The position numbers and the translations under genes were made by a program. A stretch of DNA of 64,000 nt from Carcharhinus longimanus (taxonomy: Eukaryota). The stretch lies in NCBI GenBank assembly GCA_030264375.1, contig JASCQW010000190.1:80686575-80750574 (forward strand), read 5' to 3'. How positions within the stretch are numbered: position 1 is the stretch's first letter; every line of letters starts with the position of its first letter. Under the pieces are notes generated by a model. It had not been told where the DNA came from. It made no database searches and was given only the letters and a program-made list of their open reading frames with translations. Shown here one piece after another: positions 24,771 to 35,959 of the stretch.

Positions 24771-27700
24771 TTTCCAATTGCAAAGATTTATTGAATTGCT
24801 TAACCTTACAGCAGTAAGTAAATATCTTCAGTGCCCTTTCCTTATCTTGCTTCTTGTGTCCTGCCTATATGTAAAAATATATTTCTAACAGCTGTATGCC
24901 TTTGATGGAAGTGTCACATTAGATAGTAATGAAAGATTTTATTGTAATTGGAACTATAATATGAGCTTAAGCAGACTCTATTCATTTTAAACACTTTCAT
25001 GTACACTTCCAGCTTTGCTGTTAATTTTATTAAAAAATCAATCTGGTTCCTCCCTACTGACCATTAACAATGGGCAGGGGAATGGAGATCTAAATCTTCG
25101 AGGCCAAAATAATCTTTTCCTGGGCTGCCTTTCTCGTGCCATAAAGTTTATCAAACATGTAGCCTGAAGATTAAGACGGCTGCTGAATGGATCTATCCTA
25201 GATGGAAATTTAAGGATATCATATCTGTGAGCCTACTCTTTCAATGTGTAAAACAACTTACTTATAGTGACAGGGAGAAATAATGCATTCTGCCATCCAT
25301 GATTTAACTTTTTATATAGTTGAGTGCAATAACTTTAGATTGGGGTTTGAGGGTTCCTCTGGACAGAGGTATTGGGGGCGGGGGGAGTGGAGGGAGAGGG
25401 GAGTTGTGATAAGGAGAGGTGCCTCAGAAAAATGGGGCTGTGTCTGTCTTTGGTCCCTTTTGACCTACTGGGTGTAACTTCTCCATCTTCCTGCCTGCTG
25501 GCTAATGCCAGCTATTGTTTGCTTAGTAGGCGAACCGACTTGTACAGCCGTAAGAAAAATAAGTTTCCATAAATAAAAATGACTTCATAAAACTCTGCAC
25601 CTGGAAATCAATTTTCAAAAAAATTATTTTAACAAAAATGCTGTGCTGTTAGCAATTTTCTCATTTGGAAGGCAGTGGGTCTTCAGAGTATCAAGTTGAG
25701 GCACGCGTTTGAGTTTTAAAAAAATGTAAGTGCCGATCCCTTGTATTGCGTGCAGTGACTTATTTGCTTTTCGTGCAACACGTGGGTTTACCTACAGCTG
25801 GTAAGGACAATAATCTTTGTATCAGGAATTAATCAAACCCTTCTTGTCTGGAATCTATTCCTTAACTATTATACCTCTTCTTGCATGCATGCAATCGCAA
25901 CAAGAAATGTACCAGACAGGCGTTTTTTTTTCAAAAGGCTGGTTAAAACCTGAAAGCTGGTCTGTGTGCAGTCCTGCTGCTTTCTGGTCACCCTGCCCCA
26001 CTGGTTTTTAACAGCTGCAGACAAATAAGGGAAACTCATGCAGATTTTTCACCTTCAATTCAGAATCATTTTAAGATCTTGACAGAATGCTGGGTTTTTT
26101 TTCTTACTTTTTAAGAAGAAATGTCTGAACCTTGTGCGTAGTGCGCTGTTCCTCCGAATAAGTTGGATAAGCATTTATTCAATTCATCGTAGACAAGTTT
26201 CTCATTGTGAATTTGGTCCTATTACAATGACAAGGAATTATTCAGGAACTGATGGGACGTCCTCCTTGAATTAAAAGAAATATTGGCTGAAATTTTAACA
26301 GCCCTTTGGTGATGGGCTCTGAGATGGCAAGGCTGGTAAAATGTTGTGGGGTGGCAGGCCTGGTGCATCCCTGCTATCGTGCCTTTTGCCAGTAATGGGA
26401 AAACTGCCAGATCGGCCCTTGGCTGGGAGCCCAACTGAATGATTTAAGAGCCTCTTTCAGCCTCTGTGAGAATTCTACCAGCGATTTGTGGTGGTCTGCT
26501 GCTGTGTGGGGAGACCATCTTGTAAAACCTCATGGTCTTCCACTTGACTGTAGGAGGGCAGCTTCTTTTTCTGGGCAATTCATGGCCTATGAGGGGTCTC
26601 CCAACAGCAATGGCCGTGCCCATGGCAACAGCACTGCCTGGCCTCAGGAAATTCCCTCCCCAATCATTGGATGTCCCATTGTATTTGAGGGTGCACAGCT
26701 ATCGATGCATTCTCATGCTCAGATACAGTTGTGGCAATGGCCACTGCTCATGGCAGCTCTGCTGAGCTGTTAGTGCAGATGGGTCGACAGATCTTTGGGG
26801 ACAGACAGCTGTCCTCACTGGGGATGGCCATTTAACTGGCCACCTCCAGGTACATGTCTGCCTGGGTACTACTGCCAGGTGAGTGAGAAACTTTCAGATT
26901 CAGCTTCAGGTCTGGAGCTTTCTTCATAAAATGCAACCTATTGTTAAAGCTAAGTTCAGGAAAGTTTTCTGATGAGGCAACACTTACCAAACCAATTAGA
27001 CAATGAAGTAAGATTACAGGCCTGTTTCTATTACTGTTGGTGTTCCAATCACCCCACCCTTTCACTGCTCCTCCTCCTCCTTAAGGACAGAAGACGAATC
27101 ACACCCAACTACGCTTTGAAACCAGTGGATTTTGCAAAGCATCGTTCTGACAAGAGGCTTGGTAGCATGCCAACCTCCCAGCCAAAATAAAGTCAGATGG
27201 ATTAATGTGACTCTCCATAAACCCTGGTAATAGCCTTCTTTTACATAGTGTATGGGAATAGTGACACTTCTAACTTGATAAAGTACTTCAAATTTAATGC
27301 ATTTTTGACTTGAAGTGCTTTATTTACTTCCCTTTCCCCCATGAAACGGGCTGTTGTTTTCCTTAACAACCAGACTTGGAATTAGATGCCTGTCACATTG
27401 TCCTCTTGTATTCAATGCCAGCTAACTGGCACTCGTAACGGTATTATATTCCAACTGTTTTACCAAAATATATAAACACATGGTGTAAAATCTTCAAGGA
27501 GTAACCGCAGAGTTTCTGCCCCTCTGATCTGACATGCCAGGAGTGTTTACTGGATAATTTAAAAGTTTTCTAAGACCAGTGAGATCTTCGTTCATCTGGA
27601 CAAAATATTATGCCTGATGTTACTACTGGAGACTTCTGAAGTATTTCTCCATTCTGTTCACTGTCCTGTTGGGAATGGCTGTTGATTTCTTCGAGAAAGA

Positions 27701-27907
27701 CTAGAGGAAATAACAAAGGTGCCAAGAGTTACTTGTTTTTAAAGATGCCTATCAGATTCAACTGGCTGGCGTATATAGTAGGAATTGGAATGTTTCATTG
27801 TGTTTCAAAGGTGCGATATAAATATTAATTGTGGAGACAATCTCTTTGGCACAGTATACCAGTCTAATATGTCAATGTTGTGACAGTGATTTTTTTTCTT
27901 GCTGCAG

Positions 27908-28244
27908 GTGCTTTCAGTTATGTTGCCTCTGGATCTGTTGATGAGCAGAATTTGCAGATGCATGCACACTCGGGATGTGGAAATCTACCGAGCTTCTGAT
28001 TGAAGACTTTCATCTGAAGCAGCATCTGATAATTCCTGGATGTGGACATTCTGATACTAGTCCTGCAAGCAAGGAGAGAACTTGATACTTTTTGGAGAAC
28101 CACTGCTGAGATTTATTATCTAATTGCTTGTACAACTAAGTCTGATCGTGCAGGATTGGGTTGAATATTGTCTGTGAATCCAATAGAAGTAGCGGTGCTT
28201 TGTGTAACCTCCCCCACCTTCACCCTGTGCGACTGGAGAACGGA
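27908..28244 (+). other. Probable 5'UTR part of the first coding exon of the SYTL2-like gene
   Basis: Strong acceptor gattttttttcttgctgCAG|G at 27907/27908, upstream of the start codon, implies at least one upstream non-coding exon. Confidence 0.55.
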
Positions 28245-28366
28245 ATGAAGGGAGTGATGGATAGTCACCTGGACCTCAGCTTCCTGACGGAGGATGAATA
28301 TCAGGCAGTCTTGAGTGTAATACAGAGAGATTCTGAACTCAAAAAAAGAGATAATGAGCGAATCAA
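28245..28366 (+). CDS. SYTL2: Synaptotagmin-like protein (Slp2/SYTL2-like), coding exon 1: SHD1 helix of the Rab27-binding domain
   Basis: Translates MKGVMDSHLDLSFLTEDEYQAVLSVIQRDSELKKRDNERI(K), matching the Slp-family DLSFLTEEE..I..V.QRD..L...E..R motif. In-frame stop upstream at 28143. Donor AA|GTAAGA after 28366 (phase 2). Start may be ATG 28245 or ATG 28257 (better Kozak context). SYTL2 versus SYTL1 orthology is not certain. Confidence 0.9.
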
Positions 28367-29754
28367 GTAAGACCTTTGTTTTATCAACATTTATTCACCT
28401 AACAACTGTAACTCAGTCTGTGCTGATAATTGCTCAGTATTGTAATGTAGCAACCACACCTATGTGCAGGTGTAGACTCGTCACCCTTGAGATATTACAA
28501 GAGCTCCAAATGTATGGGAATGCTCCCAGGCTTTGGTCTGTGACAATTTTTCTTGTTTTAGTCATCAAAATTCATTACAAGCTCTTTCCTAGTTTTCATC
28601 CTCAATTTCCTAAATTATCATAAATCCATTGCCAACTCCAGATGCCCAGAAGTAGTCTTGATAAATAGCATTCAAAAATGTTGGCAGTGTATTGTGATGC
28701 TCTAACTAAAACTTTTCATCTGATGTTGTGTGCCTGTGTTTTGCTGCCATTTGCTCACCTTGATCAATCAGCTTCACATCATACAGTGCATTTCCTCATG
28801 TACTACTGGATTATCGAGCTTTTTGAGAAATGTTCTAGCCCATAGAAATTTCAGCACTTAAAGGAGTCATGTTGGCAGCTTGTACTGATTTCTCCAACAG
28901 AGACTGCTCCCAAAGATGTCCCATTTCAAACACCAGTGATGGTATTTGATGTGGAGAATTCTGTCCAAAGTATTGGTACCTTAGTGTTGATCACATGAGA
29001 ATGGCTACATAAGAGGTCACGTGACAGCACGGGAATTATTCCTGGGATCTCTGGCAGAGCACAAGTACTGTATATAGCTATTGAGTTTAGGAGTAAATCA
29101 CCTTTGTTGGAAGTCTTTGATGTTGGTGATTTGAAGAACATGTGACATTCTACATGGTATCGAGAGTTGGCAGCATGTCACACAGACTTTGCTGCATCAA
29201 CCTGCTTGTCTTTGATGAAAATATTGCAGGTAGTTTTGAAGAGTTCCAGAAGGAATAGCGTATTTACTGCCGCACTCTCTGACACATCACAAAAGGTATA
29301 GGCTTTTACCCTATCAAATCTCACATTCCCCGAAACTATTGAAAATTTGAGTCATTTGTCTTCCAGCCAGAGAAGGAAAAAAAAGTCCCCAAAGTAATCT
29401 TGAAATAATTTGAGAACGTTTGAATCCCAGTTTAAAAAAAATCCAATCCTGGATAGACATGTTTCCAATTTCACAAACCAGAAAGCAGATGAGTCAGTGC
29501 ATCTTATAAAGCCACCCTAAAAATACTGGCAAAGAAATGTGTTCAGCACTCTCAATAAAACCTAATTGCAGACTGATTAGTTTGTGATACATAGTGACTT
29601 CTAGTCCATAAGCAACTGCTGTGAGAAAAAGGCTTAATGTTATAAGTAGCCAACAAAGTAAAATAAAGCAGAAATTTTAGGTAGGAAACCAAAATATTTG
29701 CAGTACAAGGGTACACCCTGTTCCAACTACAGTGGCCAGCACCCACTGACCAGA

Positions 29755-29904
29755 ACAGCTTGCTCCTTCGTCAGGTAAGTGGGAGTTCTGTCAGTGGGAG
29801 CTCCCACTTACCTGACGAAGGAGCAGCGCTCCGAAAGCTAGTGGATTTTGCTACCAAATAAACCTGTTGGACTTTAACCTGATGTTGTGAGACTTCTTAC
29901 TGTG
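29755..29904 (+). mobile_element. Penelope-like pLTR fragment with inverted 5' arm, inserted in the Gypsy element
   Basis: 25-bp perfect inverted repeat (29761-29785 and 29801-29825), then family sequence running into an N gap. Confidence 0.8.
29808..29844 (+). ncRNA. Minimal type I hammerhead ribozyme motif (best-preserved copy)
   Basis: UUAC-CUGACGA-A-GGAGC-AGC-GCUCC-GAAA-GC-UA-GUGG: intact core, 5-bp stem II, AGCU palindrome, and stem I UUAC/GUGG. Confidence 0.65.
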
Positions 29905-30130
29905 NNNNNNNNNNNNNNNNNNNNNNNNNNNNNNNNNNNNNNNNNNNNNNNNNNNNNNNNNNNNNNNNNNNNNNNNNNNNNNNNNNNNNNNNNNNNNNNN
30001 NNNNNNNNNNNNNNNNNNNNNNNNNNNNCACTATTGCGATATTGATAATATCACAGGAAAGAGTGAGATCATCACTAATCTTAACATAGTTAGCAGTATT
30101 GCCAGATTTAAAAGTCAAGATTGATTTTGG

Positions 30131-30471
30131 CCTCTTAAGGTCAAACCACATAAACAAACTCAAATTAAATCAGGACAAAGTAAAAGGGGCAGCTCTCCAA
30201 AAGGAAGGGGAATAGCCCGAACAAAATCAAAGTACAAAGGAAACTTAAAAACATCAAATTAAAATGTGATTATAAGGGTCAATAATGCACCCCAGCCTCT
30301 GCAGTGCACAACGGGCGCGGAAGGTGTCAACTGCGCCTGTGGATACCGCTTGCTCCCTCTCCAGGGACACCTGGCTGTGAATGTAGCCGCAGTTGAGGGG
30401 CAGGCAGTCGGGATGGATGGCCCCCTCGATTGCTTACTGCCTGGGCCTGTAAATGGCGCGTTTCACCAGGC
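30131..30471 (-). mobile_element. Tx1 (L1-clade) LINE 3' end with 15-bp TSD
   Basis: Minus strand reads GLVKRAIYRPR...HPDCLP..GYIHSQVSLEREQAVSTGAVDTF...CIIDPYNHILI*. CAAGATTGATTTTGG at 30116-30130 and 30472-30486. Confidence 0.75.
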
Positions 30472-33400
30472 CAAGATTGATTTTGGAGCAAAGCATAATG
30501 TGCTACCAGCCAAAAGTTACAGGAAGTAGTCTATAAGCAGCACCTGACTCTAGCACCTAGACATACCTTGAGGCTTATGGTGAACAGACAAGATAAAGGC
30601 TATATAATAGATGATCATTCCTGTAGACAAGCATGACTTACAGCACTTTTCTGGTATGACAAATTATCTTTCTATGTTTATCCAATGTTATAATGAAGAA
30701 TCATCTCGTCTCATGAGACTAGATATACCACCGATAATCTGTGCTCCAAGAAGAGTACCATTAGCCATGAAGCAGAAGTCATTGGATGATGGCACTAGCT
30801 GTCATTACTCTTCTGGATGAGGCCATGAAATGGGTTTCAGCAATGGTGGCGACAGTAAAAATAGCTGGCATACTCGGAATATGTATTGACCCAGTGTATG
30901 TGAATAAAATGCTGCTCAGACCACATCACCCTATGAAGACAGTGGAACTGGAGGAAGCAGACGTGCCAAATGTTCAGCATTCTCAATGTGAAATGTGGGA
31001 TCTGGCAAATCCTGCTGGATGATGAATCCTCAAAAGTAACCACATGTCTCCAGTAGGAATATTTCATTTTCTTTGTATGCCCTGTGGGATCTCCACTGGA
31101 AGCGAGGTCTTTTAGTGGTGCATGGAGCAACTCTTTGCAGGCCAAGTTTTCAAGAGCATTGTTGCTGACATCCATGTTTGGAATCGTACAATGTAGGACC
31201 ATGATACATATCTGCATCTTGTCCTTAACAGAATCAGGACCATTTTAACCTGACAAAACGCAGATTCGGGGTCAACCAGGTTCCTTACATGGATCATTCA
31301 CTCACAGCCAATGGTGTACAGCCGACATACAGCACTTTCTTGGTATGACAAATTATCTTTCTACCTTTATCCCGTGTCATAGTGAGGTCACTGAACCTCT
31401 TTGTTATCTTCTCCACCAGGATGTCAAATGGTACTAGCAAAAGTATCACACCTAGGTCTTCAACAAACTCAAACATGTGCTCCCAATCCCACCAATATTA
31501 TAATATTTTGATGTTTGAACACCTATACTTGTGTCAGCAAATGCCTCCCAGCATTGTAGCCTGCATCCAGAATGATAGACAATAGCCTTTGCTTCGTATG
31601 CCCTCACTGACACTGAGACTCTCTGTGCACCGATCAGAAAGGCACTCCTTGCTCTAGTTTTTGCTTGCCGGAATGAAATCCTACATCACACAAGACTAGA
31701 TGATTCAATCCCGCCAAGTCTGTGCCCTGAGAAGTATACCAGTAGCCATGAAGCAGAAATCATTGGTGAGCTCCATTGGATGATGGTGTCATTACTCCTG
31801 TAGATGAGGTCATGGAATGGATTTCAGCAATGCCCCTGAATCATAACTAGATTAACGAAGCTCTCCATCTGCACAGTTGTCTGATAAAGTTGCAATGCTA
31901 CAGCCTCAATGCCATCTACGAATGTGGCAAAGAGCTGTACTTGGTTGATGCCCTTTCCAGAGACTTCATACCCACTATGGACCAGGCAGATCGTGAGGAA
32001 GATGTAGATATTATGACAATAGAGCTGTTTTCTCACTAAATACAGGAACTCAAGCAGGCTTTACAGACAGAAGGGCTGTGAGAATCCTCAAGGAGCATCC
32101 CCATTCACACATTCTTCGCCATCAGAGATGAGCTGACTATACGGAATGGGCTAATATAATGCGGCCAATGATTCGGCATCCATGTTGCTTTTCAGAGATA
32201 ACAGACACAACAACTTCACCAAGGTTACTCTGTTTTGGAAGCATCCAGATACTGGACCAGAGAATCACTACACTGGCCCTCAATTTCCGCAGACACGGAA
32301 AGGAAATCTCCAGAGGTGTGCCGTGCTATATAGTCCAGCCGCTGCACAAGGTCATTCGCAGCAGCCCACAGCTTCAAGTAGGATGCAAACAAAAAGTTAG
32401 TCTTAGTTGATTCATATTCCAGGTGGTTTGAATTTGATTACTTGCCAAACACGATGAATAAAACAGTAATCATTAGGCTTAAAAGAAACTTGGACACTTA
32501 CGGCATCCCACAAAGACTCATGAACAAACAACATTCAGCAATTCATTTCTGCTGAATTTCACAACTTTACACGCATGAGACTTTGGATTTCAGTATTGCT
32601 GAAATCCAATCCATGACCTCATCTATAGGAGTAATGACACCGTCAAATGGTCTGGCGGAACAGGTGTTTGCTCAGCCAAGCGTCTTCTCAAGAATGTGCA
32701 TGAGATCACTGCAGCCCAAACTTGAAACCAACATCAATGAAGTTGTCCTGCAGTGCAGATTAAGGTGCAAAATACATTATGATTGAGATGCCTATAAACT
32801 CAGCCCTCTAACCCCAGGTGAAACAGTCAGGATTCAGACTACACATGACCATGACCAGTTAGTGGTGGTACATAGCAATGCCCCAAAACTGAACAGCTAA
32901 TGGCAACCTCAGATGGTGTCCACTATGTACGCAAATACCATCACCTTTTGTAAGTATCAAAATCAGCACCAATGATAGCACGGCACTTCAGCCACCCAGC
33001 CTTAGGCACCAGCCCCCTGCATCAGTGGACATGCATATCCTATGGAGGCCAACGCAGCAAGTCCTGCAGCTGCCAAACACACTGAAACATCCAATATTGC
33101 TAATAGTGAAAACACTGACCAGAGAAAGATGAACAACACCACCAACAGGTGTAATCCATGTTCAGACTGCCGGCACAAGCCAAACACAAGATTCCAGAAC
33201 TTTATTGCTGTTCAGCCAAGAACTGACTTTTTCAAATTTCAGCTTTCTTTCTAGCAGAAAAGGCGGGGTTGATAAAGAGACACAACGGGGCGATGCCTAA
33301 TCTGTGCCCCTATATATGTCACACAGAGGCCTGTACAGTTTCCTATACAGCACACTTTTTATCTCTCATGTCATTGGGTGTCCTGAATAAATGAGGAAGA

Positions 33401-34223
33401 TGTAGACCGGGAGGTGACTACAAAAAGATCACCTGGTGGGAGTAGAGGAGTTATTCCCAGGATCTCGGGCAGATCACAAATACTGTATATAGTTGTTGAG
33501 TTTAGGAATAAACTACCTTCATTGGAAGTCCTTTATCAGTGATATGAGGAACACACAACATTCTACACCTGGCAATCCTTCTATTTTTCTTCTTCTAAGC
33601 ATTGTCTCGGTCAGCCATTGTTCATATAAAACTGTTATTTTATTACCTTTTGCAAATGGAAAATTCAGATGCTTGTACTTACTGTCCTACACCATTGATC
33701 AATTACAATGCAAATAACTTGAGTTTAAATAATTAAGATGTGGCTCGTGGCTCAGTCACCTGGTCCCAGAAAAGTGTTATCTCTATTTTCTCAGCTATGA
33801 CCTAGCAATCATGTTGTTGAAAACACTTAACATGCCAATGTTACTCAGTAAGTGGTTTAAAGCACTCCCCAGATTTGGCTGCAATTGTGCCACACACTGT
33901 TTCAAGGGGGAGATTAGAAGTGTTATATTTGTAAAGGGTGCACAATACACACACTATTCTCAGTGAAATAGCACATCATTAGATTTATTATAAGCTATTA
34001 AGGTGATTACAGATACCACACTGCCAGAAATGGAAAGCAATCTTAAAATACTGATGCTTCTGAACTGGCAATTGACTAGCACGTCATATTGAAGAAACTT
34101 TGATCAAACTGTAAAACTTTGTGTCCATCTATTGTATTAAGAGTTACTGCCTTGGACTAATTTTGTCTCTTGAAAGACGTTGTCAGCATTACAGCAGAAT
34201 AATACTCTGTGTCATGTTGTAAT

Positions 34224-34495
34224 CAAAGTAAAAAGTCTGACAACACCAGGTTTTAGTCCAACCTATTTATTTGATAATATACTCACTAGCTTTCGNNNNN
34301 NNNNNNNNNNNNNNNNNNNNNNNNNNNNNNNNNNNNNNNNNNNNNNNNNNNNNNNNNNNNNNNNNNNNNNNNNNNNNNNNNNNNNNNNNNNNNNNACCCA
34401 GGCAAGTCACGGGGGTTACAGATAGTGCGACATGAACCCAAGATCCCTGTTGAGACCGTCCTCATGTGTGCCAGTCCAACGCCGGCATACCCACA
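34224..34495. mobile_element. Penelope-like insertion: long inverted arm plus short sense tail, with 12-bp TSD
   Basis: The minus-strand arm ends in THEDGLNRDLGFMSHYL coding sequence, followed by the plus-strand tail ccagtccaacgccggcatacccacatcatg. TCATGTTGTAAT at 34212-34223 and 34496-34507. Confidence 0.85.
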
Positions 34496-34932
34496 TCATG
34501 TTGTAATGACACACTAATGGGAGCATTATCCAATTTATTGCATGTGCTACAACCATGATTATTAAAAGATTAGTTTCAACCACAAGTGAAATTTTAATGA
34601 GATATTTCTTGTGTATGAACAGGTCCGCGATCACCCTTTCAGAACTACTTATGATAATCATCAGCACGCGGCCTTGAAACGTACTCTTAGTGTTTGTGTG
34701 TAACAGCACATAGAGGTCTTCAAGTTTAAAATCAAGATAGCAATGGTTGACTGGTGAATTTTAACTTGTAATTGATTATTACATTAGTTTTAGCAATGCA
34801 CTTTCAAACCTAGAAAAGAATTGCCCTTTTCTCCTCCACTCTCATTTTGACTAGGAGACTGTGACACTGGAATGTAAGCTTTGATGTGAGGAAACCTGAA
34901 TGCTGTTTGAAAACCCTCTCCTCTTGCTTCAG

Positions 34933-35084
34933 GACAGCACAGAAATCCATCCAAGATGAAAAGAGAAGAAAGTTAATTACTGGCCAGTGGTTTGATGAAG
35001 TTAAAGCAAAGCGTTACCGGAATTCTTTACTTGGAGTGGACCTGATCAAGACCTCTATAAGGCAGAAAAAACCCAAAACGCACG
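34933..35084 (+). CDS. SYTL2: SYTL2-like coding exon 2: SHD2 with the TGQWF motif
   Basis: Acceptor ctcttgcttcAG|G completes the AAG codon (phase 2 match). Encodes TAQKSIQDEKRRKLITGQWFDEVKAKRYRNSLLGVDLIKTSIRQKKPKTH, resembling Slp2 SGQWF.EAKAKR.R....G.DII..S.R.K.P. Donor G|GTAAAT (phase 1). No Cys-rich zinc finger between SHD1 and SHD2. Confidence 0.92.
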
Positions 35085-35279
35085 GTAAATAATTACAAGG
35101 CCATGCATCAATTGAATCTCCTCATCATTTTAACTTTGTAGAATACATAAGATGCTTAAGTGACCAATAATGCATTTTAATGTAATTTATATACTTTCTA
35201 CAAGCCTTGTGAAGCTTATCTTTTCTAAAAATTTGATTTAAAATCTAATACTAAAATTATATCTTCATATAAATTAAAG

Positions 35280-35560
35280 TAAGAGCACTTAGCGCCTTTC
35301 GTGATATTAGAAATATCAAAGTGCATCATTGCCAATTAAATATTACTGAATTGTAGTCATTATTCAAATATAGGAAATGCACTGGCCAATTTGCATTCAA
35401 CAATATCCTACTAACAGCAATGAGATTAATAACCATACAATTTGTTTCTGGAGTGTGGTTGAAAGAAAGGTGTTAGCTAGGATGCCATGCTGCTTAAAGA
35501 TGCCATGGGATATTTTAAACCCGCCTGAGGGGGAGACTTATTTAATATTCCATCCAAATT
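35280..35560 (-). mobile_element. Ancient Deu-domain SINE relic (SacSINE1/AmnSINE-like); another 3' piece at about 47430-47570 +
   Basis: Reverse complement resembles the recalled Deu-SINE consensus ..atcccatggca...cattgctgttagtagga..tgcaaattggc..gcatttcct...gactacaattca..taattggcaatg..gaaaggcgcta. Confidence 0.5.
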
Positions 35561-35959
35561 TAAACCTTATGGGTCTGATGAATAAGGTTGTTCTAATTAT
35601 TTTATGAATTCAGATCATCTTCTGGTTTCAACATGATTAATCTTTCTTGTAGATCCATTGCATATGTGAGTCGACAGAGCAGATGAAAGTTACAACATGG
35701 GAGCAGGCCACCTGGCTCAGTTAGCAACTATTTTGCATGTTCTAATTTATTCACCAATTCCCTTCAACCCCACTTTTTTCTATCCATTTTAATCTTCAAT
35801 AGTTGCGAGCCACTGCCTCAAATATTAAACCTGGAAATGAATAGCAGCCTCATAATTCTATGTAAAAGNNNNNNNNNNNNNNNNNNNNNNNNNNNNNNNN
35901 NNNNNNNNNNAACTTTGTTTCAATGGCCCTTCATTCGTAACATCTCAACTTGAAAGAAC

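Larger units (their letters stand above)
28950..33567 (+). mobile_element. Decayed Gypsy/Ty3 LTR retrotransposon in intron 1
   Basis: Paired diverged LTRs (about 28950-29154 and 33401-33567), both ending acattctaca and sharing tactgtatatag...ttgagtttagga. PBS-like tggtatc at 29155 and purine tract before 33401. Relic protease (KIDFGA.NVLP), RT (ICIDP...RPHHPMKTVE), RNase H and integrase (LVDSYSRWFE; SNGLAEQ) in Gypsy order. Confidence 0.85.

Noticed and set aside
1-34507. Recurrent short repeats with hairpins that could suggest a CRISPR array or prokaryotic system
   Set aside because: The repeats are dispersed, not regularly spaced; there are no cas-like ORFs or operons; all are explained by eukaryotic Penelope-like elements.
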